From Abditibacteriaceae bacterium (GTDB taxonomy: Bacteria; Armatimonadota; Abditibacteriia; Abditibacteriales; Abditibacteriaceae): a stretch of 11,329 nucleotides of DNA. Shown one piece after another: positions 1-7,465 of this stretch. Within the stretch, counting starts at the first letter, position 1. Every line of letters starts with the position of its first letter. The stretch is taken from contig JANPJS010000142.1 in NCBI GenBank assembly GCA_031425655.1, forward strand, positions 1 through 11,329. Reading direction: 5' to 3'. The translations under genes and the position numbers were made by a program. The notes below the pieces were generated by a model. The model did not search any database, was not told the origin of the DNA, and saw nothing but the letters and a program-made list of their open reading frames with translations.

Positions 1-39
1 CCGCGCCTTTTAGAAAAAATGGAAGCCCTCCTCAAGTGA
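1..39 (+). CDS. 3' end of an upstream gene, probably a response-regulator receiver (REC) domain protein (partial)
   Basis: Frame 1 reads PRLLEKMEALLK-stop (TGA 37-39). This resembles the final helix after the KP motif of CheY/DivK-like receivers, and it lies directly upstream of a hybrid kinase. Only 12 codons are visible. Confidence 0.5.
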   Translation, partial: PRLLEKMEALLK

Positions 40-100
40 CGAGTGACGAGTGACGAATTTCGAGTCAGGATTCGTCACTCGTCACTCGTCACTCGTCACT
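35..100. repeat. Intergenic inverted repeat built from heptamer tandem units (AGTGACG x3 / CGTCACT x4)
   Basis: 35-58 (agtgacg agtgacg agtgacg aat) is the exact reverse complement of 70-93, giving a 24-bp stem with an 11-nt loop (59-69). One extra CGTCACT copy lies at 94-100. Confidence 0.95.
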
Positions 101-104
101 AAAA

Positions 105-1799
105 ATGAGCATCAATTCAACGACAGAAGGCAAGCGCGAAGTGTTGGCGAATCTGCGCCACGAATTGCGCACGCCGCTGAATGCGATCATCGGCTACAGC
201 GAAATGCTGCTCGAAGATGCTGCCGAGGGCGAAGCGCCATCTTATTTGCCGCAGATCGAAGAAACACTGGTTTCCGGGCGGCAATTGCTGGCTTGCGTCA
301 ACGAGGTGCTGGATAGCGGGCGCTTTGAATCCGCCGCCGAAATTGACCTGGCCGCGTATTTATCTACAATCCACGCCGCATTGCGCGCTCCTCTGGCGAA
401 TTGCCTCCAATCCAGCGAAGTCTTGTTGAACGCCGCCGTGCAGGACGACGAGGCTCCGGCGGAAATCACGCGGATTTACGACGCGGCCCAGAAGTTCTCG
501 GCGCTGCTTGAAAGCGAAGTTTTGCTGCTGAAAACAGCGTCCGCTGAGCCTCGCGCACGCGAAAATCCGGTAGAATCGCTCCCGACCTCGCAATTTGAGC
601 CTCCGCCGATAGTTTCTTCTGCCAGATCGCCCTCAGACGTGGCGCAGATTTTAGTGGTGGACGACATCGAAACCAATCGCCATCTGCTCGCGCGGCGTTT
701 GGCGCGTCAGGGTTACAAAGTAGTGCTGGCAAGCAGCGGCGAAGAAGCGTTGAGCAAGCTGGCCCAATCTCCGCTCGATCTGATTCTGCTCGATATTATG
801 ATGCCGGGGCTGGATGGCTACGAAGTGCTGAGTCGCCTGAAAGCGCATCCGGTTTGGCGGCATATTCCGGTGCTGATGATCTCGGCATTGGATGAAATCA
901 GCAGCGTGGTGCGCTGCATCGGCATGGGCGCCGACGATTATCTGCCCAAGCCTTTCAATCAGGTTTTGCTGAGCGCCCGTGTGCGCGCCTGTCTGGAAAA
1001 AAAGCGCCTGCGCGATCAGGAAGTGCGCTTGTTTCAGCAGCTTCAGGAAAACTACGAAAAGCTGCGCGCTTTGGAGGATTTGCGCGATAGCCTGACGCAC
1101 ATGGTCGTCCATGATCTGCGCACGCCGCTCACTTCGGTCATCAGCGGACTGCAAACTCTCGAAGCACTCTGCGATATGGACGAGCTGCAAAGCGAGGTTC
1201 TGGGCATGGCATTGGGCGGCGGCGAAACGCTGCTGCGCATGATCAACGATTTGCTGGACATTTCCAAAATGGAAGCGGGCGAATTGAAGCTGGAATACGC
1301 TCGCGTGGACGCGCATCGCGTGGCGCAGACGAGTTTGCAGCAGGTTTCGATGTTGGTGCAAAGCTGCGCCATGAACATCGTCAACGACGTTTCGCCCGAT
1401 TTGCCGTCGCTTATGGCCGACGAAGACAAACTCACGCGCACGCTGACTAATCTGCTCGGAAACGCCATCAAATTCACGCCGCACGGCGGCACCATCACGC
1501 TGCTCGCCGAAGCGCCGCCGGACGGCACGATGCGCGATGGCGAAACGATGACCGGCCTGCGCTTCGCCGTGGTTGACACCGGCGAAGGCATTCCGCCCGA
1601 TGCGTTTTTGCGGATTTTCGAGAAGTTCGGACAAGTAGAAAATCGCCGCGAAGGCCGCAGAAACTCTACCGGGCTGGGCTTGGCTTTTTGTAAAATGGCC
1701 GTTGAAGCGCATGGCGGACGCATTTGGGTCGAAAGCGAATTGGGCAAGGGCAGCGTTTTTCAGTTTGTGATTCCTTTGGCGCCGCGCCGGAAGGTTTGA
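105..1799 (+). CDS. Cytoplasmic hybrid sensor histidine kinase/response regulator (HisKA - degenerate HisKA - REC - HisKA - HATPase_c)
   Basis: 564 aa. N-terminal H-box LRHELRTPLNAIIGYSEML. Receiver motifs ILVVDD, DLILLDIMMPGLDG, MISA and YLPKPF. Second H-box VVHDLRTPLTSV. N box LTNLLGNAIKFT, G1 DTGEGI, F box IFEKF, G2 TGLGLAFC and GGRIWVES..GKGSVF. No transmembrane segment is evident. Confidence 0.93.
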   Translation: MSINSTTEGKREVLANLRHELRTPLNAIIGYSEMLLEDAAEGEAPSYLPQIEETLVSGRQLLACVNEVLDSGRFESAAEIDLAAYLSTIHAALRAPLANCLQSSEVLLNAAVQDDEAPAEITRIYDAAQKFSALLESEVLLLKTASAEPRARENPVESLPTSQFEPPPIVSSARSPSDVAQILVVDDIETNRHLLARRLARQGYKVVLASSGEEALSKLAQSPLDLILLDIMMPGLDGYEVLSRLKAHPVWRHIPVLMISALDEISSVVRCIGMGADDYLPKPFNQVLLSARVRACLEKKRLRDQEVRLFQQLQENYEKLRALEDLRDSLTHMVVHDLRTPLTSVISGLQTLEALCDMDELQSEVLGMALGGGETLLRMINDLLDISKMEAGELKLEYARVDAHRVAQTSLQQVSMLVQSCAMNIVNDVSPDLPSLMADEDKLTRTLTNLLGNAIKFTPHGGTITLLAEAPPDGTMRDGETMTGLRFAVVDTGEGIPPDAFLRIFEKFGQVENRREGRRNSTGLGLAFCKMAVEAHGGRIWVESELGKGSVFQFVIPLAPRRKV

Positions 1800-1828
1800 T
1801 TGCTTTGCTCCCTTAAACTGCTGCCGGA

Positions 1829-1855
1829 AAACTTATTCTTAACGGAGCGTTCTAA
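1829..1855 (+). promoter_or_regulatory. Possible ECF (sigmaE/AlgU-like) promoter upstream of the propeller operon
   Basis: AAACTT (1829-1834), 16-nt spacer, TCTAA (1851-1855). This is one mismatch from the GAACTT-N16/17-TCTNA consensus, in the 117-nt gap before the GGAG RBS (1908-1911) and ATG 1917. Confidence 0.3.
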
Positions 1856-1916
1856 CCTGAATCGGCGTCAGGCTGGGACGTTGTAAATTGTGAATTTTTG
1901 GAACTGTGGAGCAAAT

Positions 1917-3503
1917 ATGTCTGAAGTTTTTTCGCCGCCCCCCGTATCGCGCCCTTTTAAGTCCGGCTCGATTTCCCGCTCGTTTTTAGCCGCGATGTTG
2001 GCCGGAACCGTCGTTTTAGCCGGCGGCTATGCGGTTCTGAGCAAGAAGAGTGTGGCCTCCGGCGTGCAAGGCGGGGCCTTTGATCCTGCGCCGGACGCAG
2101 CGCCAAATCAAGTCACTGAGGCTTCCGTGCAACCGGCGAAACCCGCCGTTATCGTCAAAAGCGGCGCGGCGCCTAAAGTAATGGTTGCCGCGCCGGCAAA
2201 AAGCGTCGTGGCGAAACCCGCTGCGGCTGTGAAATCTGGTGTCGCCGCCTCGCCGCGCGTCGCCAGAGCGATGCCGGTGGTAAAAATCGCTGCTAAGTTG
2301 AAACCGCCTGTCGTAGTCGCCCAAAAAGCGCCACAGCGATTGGCCGCCGCGCCCGTTGCGCCGAGTGCTGCTCAAACCACCGCCACCGACTGGCCGGAAT
2401 ATATGGGCAAAGCGCGCAACGGCATTTCGCGTGAAACCGGCTGGTTCAAAGGCAACGAAGCGCAATTGGTGTGGAAGGCGAGCATTGGAACCGGCTTCGC
2501 CGCACCCGCGATTGCTCAGGGGCGCGTTTACGCGACGGGCAACAACGGCAATCAAGATACCGTTTGGTCCTTCAACGCCGCCGACGGCAAAGGATTGTGG
2601 AAGTATTCTTATCCGTGCGATCTGATGGCGATTCAGCACGAAGGCGGCCCGTCGGCCACGCCGACCGTCGAAGGCGGGCTGGTTTTCACTTACAGCAAAC
2701 GCGGCCATTTGCACGCTCTGGATGCCGCCACCGGTCGTATGGTCTGGCGCCATGATATTGTCGGCGAATACGGCGGGAAAATCCCGCAATGGGGCATTAC
2801 CAGCGCGCCGGTGGTTTACGGCGGCACTCTCTTCGTGATGGCTGGCGCGCCCGGCGCCTGCATTATGGCGTTTGATAAAAGCACCGGCGCCGTGCAGTGG
2901 AAAGCCGGCAACGATGGCCCGGCTTATGCCGCTTTGCAAGTTTTGCGCTGGAAAAACGCGCCTTATTTAGTCGCTTTCAACGCTTCGGGTGTGGTGTTTT
3001 ACGGTTTGCAGGACGGCAAAGAATTGTGGCGCTACAATTGGAAAACCTCTTACGACGTGAACGCCGCGATGCCGATTATCGCCGAGGACAAGGTCTTTGT
3101 TTCGTCGGGTTATAATACCGGCAGTGCCCTTGTGCAAAGCAGCAATAACACCGAACTTTGGAAAAACAAAAATATGCGCAACCATTTCAGCACCTCGGTG
3201 CTGGTGAACGGCGCGATTTTTGGTTTCGACGAATCGCAACTGGCCTGTCTCGACGGCAACAGCGGGAACAAGCTGTGGACAGCCGACCGTTTGGGTAAAG
3301 GCTCGCTCATCGCGGCGGACGGAAAACTGATTATTCTCAGCGAGCGCGGCGAATTGGTCATCGCCGAAGCATCGCCGAACGGTTATAAAGAACTCTCGCG
3401 CACGCAGATTCTCAGTGGCAAATGCTGGACAGCTCCGGCGCTCTCGAATGGTAACATTTACGCGCGCAATGCCGCGGGCGACTTAGTGTGCGTTAAGTTT
3501 TAA
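1917..3503 (+). CDS. PQQ-binding-like (PQQ_2/BamB-type) beta-propeller protein with N-terminal membrane anchor and long Ala/Pro/Lys/Val-rich linker
   Basis: ATG 1917 follows GGAG, so it is preferred over GTG 1890. Hydrophobic segment FLAAMLAGTVVLAGGYAVL, then a low-complexity linker. The domain starts at DWPEYMGKARNGIS. Repeated Trp-docking motifs: NAADGKGLW, DAATGRMVW, DKSTGAVQW, GLQDGKELW, DGNSGNKLW. Ends WTAPALSNGNIYARN. Confidence 0.88.
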   Translation: MSEVFSPPPVSRPFKSGSISRSFLAAMLAGTVVLAGGYAVLSKKSVASGVQGGAFDPAPDAAPNQVTEASVQPAKPAVIVKSGAAPKVMVAAPAKSVVAKPAAAVKSGVAASPRVARAMPVVKIAAKLKPPVVVAQKAPQRLAAAPVAPSAAQTTATDWPEYMGKARNGISRETGWFKGNEAQLVWKASIGTGFAAPAIAQGRVYATGNNGNQDTVWSFNAADGKGLWKYSYPCDLMAIQHEGGPSATPTVEGGLVFTYSKRGHLHALDAATGRMVWRHDIVGEYGGKIPQWGITSAPVVYGGTLFVMAGAPGACIMAFDKSTGAVQWKAGNDGPAYAALQVLRWKNAPYLVAFNASGVVFYGLQDGKELWRYNWKTSYDVNAAMPIIAEDKVFVSSGYNTGSALVQSSNNTELWKNKNMRNHFSTSVLVNGAIFGFDESQLACLDGNSGNKLWTADRLGKGSLIAADGKLIILSERGELVIAEASPNGYKELSRTQILSGKCWTAPALSNGNIYARNAAGDLVCVKF

Positions 3504-3524
3504 GTTTAGAAAGTGCGAAATTTC

Positions 3525-5828
3525 ATGATGCAGAACGCAAAAATAACACGCAGCGCAGCAATGTTCGCTTTGACGGGCGCGCTACTTTTACCCGCGACGG
3601 CGCAGCCTAAAAACGCCGCCGTCGGTTGGACGAACTGGCGTGGCCCGAATCAGGACGGCGTGTCGCTCGAAAAAGGCTTGCCAAGCGAAATCAAGCCCGG
3701 CGGCAAAAATCAGCTTTGGACTTACAAATTGGCCGGACGCGGCGCGCCCGTCATTGCCAATGGGCGGCTTTATGCCTGGGGCTACGAAGGTGAAGGGCCA
3801 GATTTGCAGGAAGTGCTGGTCTGCCTCAACCCGGAAACCGGCGAAAAGTTCTGGGAAAAGCGCTTCAACGATTATCTGTCGGACACGGCTTATAATCGTT
3901 ACGCCATCGGCAGCCCGACCGTTGACCGCGAAACCGGCAACATTTTCCTGCTCAATTCCGCCGGCGAAATCCTTTGTCTCAAACCGAACGGCGACCAAGT
4001 TTGGCGCCATTCGATGATGGAAGAATTTGGTCGCCTGACTTTTCCTAACGGTCGCACGGGCGCACCGGCTATTGACGGCAACCTCGTCATCGTGCATGGC
4101 ATCGTTTCCAACTGGGGCGGGCAGGGCGCGGCGGCGGATCGCTTTCATGCTTTTGACAAAAACACCGGGCAAGTCGTCTGGGTTTCGACGCCCGGCACCA
4201 TGCCGCCCAAAGATTCTTCGATGTCCACGCCGATTTTCGGTTGGGAAAACGGGCAGCGCGTGGTTTATTCCGGGACGGGTTGCGGCCACGTTGTCGCCAT
4301 GAATGCGCGCACCGGGCAACCGCTGTGGCGCTATCGCGTTTCGGCGGGCGGCGTTAACGCCTCGGTCGTCAAAGCCGGCGACCGCATCATCGTAATTCAA
4401 GGCGATGAGAACGTGGATTCCAATGAAATGGGCCGCATGGTCGCCGTAAAAACCGGCGCGCAACCGGCGCCCGGCGCGACGGAACCCGTCGTGCTGGATG
4501 TAAAATCCGAGTTATGGCGCAATCGCTTAAATGCTTGGAGCAGCAGTCCGACATTAGTGGGCAATCGCATTTATCAGACAGTGAAAACCGGCGAACTGGC
4601 GTGCGTGGACATCGCTAACGGCAACATCGTGTGGGAGAAAAAGCTCGCACCCGACCAACTGCACGCTTCGCCGCTTTACGCCGACGGCAAACTTTATGTG
4701 CCGTTTCAGAATGGCCAATTCGCCGTGCTTCAGCCCGGCGCCACTGATGCAAAAATTCTCAGTGAAGCTGAGTTTCCCGGCGATTGTTTAGGCGCTCCCA
4801 TCGCGTGGAACGGCAAAATTTACTTTTTCACGACCGAAAATCTTTATTGCTTCGGCAAAAAGGGCAAAGCCAATTTCGTGATGCCCGAAACCGCGCCTGA
4901 AGCGCGTCCGGCCACGCCGCTTGGCGCCATCGCGCAGTTGCAGGCGGTGCCTGCTGAAGTGCTGCTGCGGCCCGGCCAGAAAGTGAAAGTGGCGCTGCGT
5001 GGTCTTGATGCTAACGGCAATTTCGTGCGCGAGGTGACCGGCGCGACGTGGGCGAAATACATTCCGCCGACAGCTAAAGTGCGCGCCGAAGCCGACGCTG
5101 GTTTCACTGGTGACGAAATCAGCGCAGCGGCGGGCGCCAAAACCACAGCCGGCGCGTTTCAGGCTACGGCGACGGTGGACGGCAAAGAACTCAAGGCCGA
5201 TTTACGCGCCCGCGTGCTGCCCAATTTGCCGCTGAACGAAGATTTTGAGAGCTTCAATCTGACCGAAGATCAAGTCGCTGAAGGCGTGAAATTCTCATAT
5301 CCGCCGTTGCCGTGGATTGGCGCGCGTTTCAAATGGGAAGTGCGCGACAAAGACGGCAACAAAGTGCTGACCAAAACGCTGGATAACATCTTTTTTCAGC
5401 GCGCGACGGCTTTTATCGGCACGCCGGACATGAAAAATTACACCGTCGAGGCCGATGTGATGAGTGACGGCAATCGGCGCAACATGAGCATCGTCGGCCT
5501 TGTCAATCAGCGCTATAACATTTCCCTTGTCGGCAACGCGCAGATTCTCGAAGTGGTGTCAAACCATGACCGAGTGAAGGTCAGCACGCCGTTCAAATGG
5601 CAGGCGAACGTCTGGTATCGCTTGAAAACGCGCGTGGATGTGGCGCCCGACGGTTCGGGCGTGGTGCGCGCCAAAGCTTGGAAAAAGGGCGAAGCCGAAC
5701 CCGCTGCTTGGACAATCGAAGTGCCGCACAAACACGCGCATCCGCAAGGCGCGCCCGGCTTGTTTTCGTTCGCGCTGCAAAGCCAATTTCGCACGTATCA
5801 CGACAATGTGAGCGTGACACAAAATTAA
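3525..5828 (+). CDS. Secreted PQQ-binding-like beta-propeller protein with Ig-like and C-terminal beta-sandwich (ConA/lectin-like) extensions
   Basis: Signal-peptide-like N-terminus (..ITRSAAMFALTGALLLPATA-QP). WTNWRGPNQDG at the domain start. Docking motifs NPETGEKFW, DKNTGQVVW, NARTGQPLW, DIANGNIVW. About 300 further residues of beta-rich sequence follow the propeller. The start could be 3513 (GTG), 3525 or 3528. Confidence 0.85.
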   Translation: MMQNAKITRSAAMFALTGALLLPATAQPKNAAVGWTNWRGPNQDGVSLEKGLPSEIKPGGKNQLWTYKLAGRGAPVIANGRLYAWGYEGEGPDLQEVLVCLNPETGEKFWEKRFNDYLSDTAYNRYAIGSPTVDRETGNIFLLNSAGEILCLKPNGDQVWRHSMMEEFGRLTFPNGRTGAPAIDGNLVIVHGIVSNWGGQGAAADRFHAFDKNTGQVVWVSTPGTMPPKDSSMSTPIFGWENGQRVVYSGTGCGHVVAMNARTGQPLWRYRVSAGGVNASVVKAGDRIIVIQGDENVDSNEMGRMVAVKTGAQPAPGATEPVVLDVKSELWRNRLNAWSSSPTLVGNRIYQTVKTGELACVDIANGNIVWEKKLAPDQLHASPLYADGKLYVPFQNGQFAVLQPGATDAKILSEAEFPGDCLGAPIAWNGKIYFFTTENLYCFGKKGKANFVMPETAPEARPATPLGAIAQLQAVPAEVLLRPGQKVKVALRGLDANGNFVREVTGATWAKYIPPTAKVRAEADAGFTGDEISAAAGAKTTAGAFQATATVDGKELKADLRARVLPNLPLNEDFESFNLTEDQVAEGVKFSYPPLPWIGARFKWEVRDKDGNKVLTKTLDNIFFQRATAFIGTPDMKNYTVEADVMSDGNRRNMSIVGLVNQRYNISLVGNAQILEVVSNHDRVKVSTPFKWQANVWYRLKTRVDVAPDGSGVVRAKAWKKGEAEPAAWTIEVPHKHAHPQGAPGLFSFALQSQFRTYHDNVSVTQN

Positions 5829-5830
5829 GA

Positions 5831-5926
5831 AATAGAACGCGATTTTCGCAAATCAACGTGAATTTACGCAAATTTTTAAAAGAATTTGCGAATATTTGCG
5901 TTGATTTGCGAAATTTGCGTTCTATT
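5831..5926. repeat. Intergenic inverted repeat built from ~9-10-nt CGCAAAT-N2-3 tandem units
   Basis: 5831-5874 pairs with 5883-5926: 44-bp arms, 6 mismatches (3 are G-U compatible on the + transcript) and an 8-nt loop. Each arm has four CGCAAAT-like units. AT-rich relative to the flanking genes. Confidence 0.9.
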
Positions 5927-5939
5927 GAAAGAGATAATT

Positions 5940-7463
5940 ATGCGTTTTTCTGTTTTACCTTTTGTTTTGTTGGCGACGGCTCCGGTTTTCGCCGCCGATG
6001 CGCCTTTTTGGGGCGATGGCCCGGCGCGCAACATGATTTCGGGCGAAACCGGCTTGCCCGATACGTTCGATCCCGGCAAATTCAAGCCGAACACCGAAGA
6101 AGTGGATTTGGCGACTGCAAAAAACGTCAAATGGGTCGCTAAAATCGGTTCGCAGTGCTACGGCAACCCAACCATCGCCGGCGGCAAGGTTTACGTCGGC
6201 ACCAACAACGAATCGCCGCGCGACCCGAAAATTCAGGGCGACCGGGGCATCGTGATGTGTTTGGACGAAGCGACCGGCAAGTTTCTCTGGCAGTTGGCCG
6301 TGCCCAAATTGGGAACGGGCAAAGTCTCCGACTGGGAATTTCTCGGCATTTGCTCGCCGTCGCAGGTTGACGGCGACCGCATTTATTTAATCAGCAATCG
6401 CTGTGAAGTTTTGTGCCTCGACACCAATGGCATGGCCAACGGCAACGATGGTTATCAGGACGAGGGCAAATACATGGCGGGCACCGGCAAGCTGGCGATT
6501 GCCGTCGGGCCGGGCGATGCCGACATCGTTTGGCGCTTCGATATGCGCGACGAAGTTGGAGTTTTTCCGCATAACATTGCCAGCAGCGGCGTGCTGATTT
6601 TGCCGGATCGCTTGTTCGTCACGACTTCCAACGGGCAGGACTGGTCGCACATCAACATTCCGTCGCCCAAAGCGCCTTCGTTGATTTGTTTAGATAAGAA
6701 AACCGGCAAGCTGATGGGCGAAGAAGTCAGCGGCATCAGCGAACGCTTGTTTCATTGCAACTGGAGTTCGCCGGCTTATTCCAAAACCGCCGAGCGCGAG
6801 CAGGTCGTTTTCGGCGCTGGCGACGGATTCACCTACGGCTTCGATTTAAACCCGGTTGACGGCCCGGACGATTTCAAAATTCTCAAGGAATTGTGGCGTT
6901 TCGACGGCATTCCGGCCAATTATCGCGTTAAAAACGGCAAACCGATCAAATATCCCTCGCCCGAAGGCCCCAGCGAAGTCATCGCCACGCCGGTGATTTA
7001 CAAAAACCGCGCTTATGTTTCCATCGGGCAAGACCCCGAACACGGCGACGGCGTGGGCAGTTTAAGCTGCATTGACCTCACCAAATCAGGCGACATTTCC
7101 AAAACCGGCAAGGTTTGGAATTACGACAAAATCACGCGCTCGATTTCCACGCCTTCGATTATCAACGACTTGGTTTTCGTGGGCGATTACGCCGGAAACA
7201 TCCATTGTGTGGATGCCAACACCGGGCAGGCCTACTGGGTTCACAACAGCGGCAGCCACATTTGGGGTTCGACTTTAGTTGCCGATAACAAGCTCTTTAT
7301 CGGCAACGAAGACGGCGAATTTTTCGTGTTCGCGCCGACCAAAGAAAAGAAGATTCTGGCGAAAATCGCGTTTCCGGGGCCGGTTTATTCGACGCCGGTG
7401 GCCGCCAACAGCACGCTTTACGTGGCCACACCGACGCATCTTTACGCGCTTGCCAAAAAGTAA
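5940..7463 (+). CDS. Secreted PQQ-binding-like beta-propeller protein
   Basis: ATG 5940 gives a clean signal peptide MRFSVLPFVLLATAPVFA/AD. The ORF-track extension to 5886 is repeat-derived. Motifs WGDGPARNM, CLDEATGKFLW, CLDKKTGKL, CVDANTGQAYW and YSTPVAANSTLYV..HLYA. Confidence 0.88.
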   Translation: MRFSVLPFVLLATAPVFAADAPFWGDGPARNMISGETGLPDTFDPGKFKPNTEEVDLATAKNVKWVAKIGSQCYGNPTIAGGKVYVGTNNESPRDPKIQGDRGIVMCLDEATGKFLWQLAVPKLGTGKVSDWEFLGICSPSQVDGDRIYLISNRCEVLCLDTNGMANGNDGYQDEGKYMAGTGKLAIAVGPGDADIVWRFDMRDEVGVFPHNIASSGVLILPDRLFVTTSNGQDWSHINIPSPKAPSLICLDKKTGKLMGEEVSGISERLFHCNWSSPAYSKTAEREQVVFGAGDGFTYGFDLNPVDGPDDFKILKELWRFDGIPANYRVKNGKPIKYPSPEGPSEVIATPVIYKNRAYVSIGQDPEHGDGVGSLSCIDLTKSGDISKTGKVWNYDKITRSISTPSIINDLVFVGDYAGNIHCVDANTGQAYWVHNSGSHIWGSTLVADNKLFIGNEDGEFFVFAPTKEKKILAKIAFPGPVYSTPVAANSTLYVATPTHLYALAKK

Positions 7464-7465
7464 TC

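Noticed and set aside
35..100. Tandem repeats as a CRISPR array (also 5831-5926 and 8525-8626)
   Set aside because: Units are 7-10 nt, adjacent and inverted, with no unique spacers and no cas genes.
50..316. 88-aa ORF beginning MTNFESGFVTRHSSLVT
   Set aside because: Its start is a translation of the heptamer repeat, and the rest overlaps the kinase out of frame.
651..1747. Long antisense ORFs (651-1712, 1052-1747; likewise 2016-2939, 3588-4463 and others)
   Set aside because: They are shadows of well-supported + strand genes in GC-rich DNA and have no recognisable motifs.
5886..5939. N-terminal extension of propeller 3, and ORFs 5597-6142, 5593-5871 and 5876-6130
   Set aside because: They are translations of the inverted repeat (ICEIC, NLRKF, ICVDLRNLR patterns). 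ATG 5940 gives a proper signal peptide.
1917..7463. Calling the propellers bamB or PQQ alcohol/glucose dehydrogenases
   Set aside because: No lipobox Cys, no bam/der context and no vicinal Cys-Cys or other clear catalytic signature. Only the fold-level call is supported.
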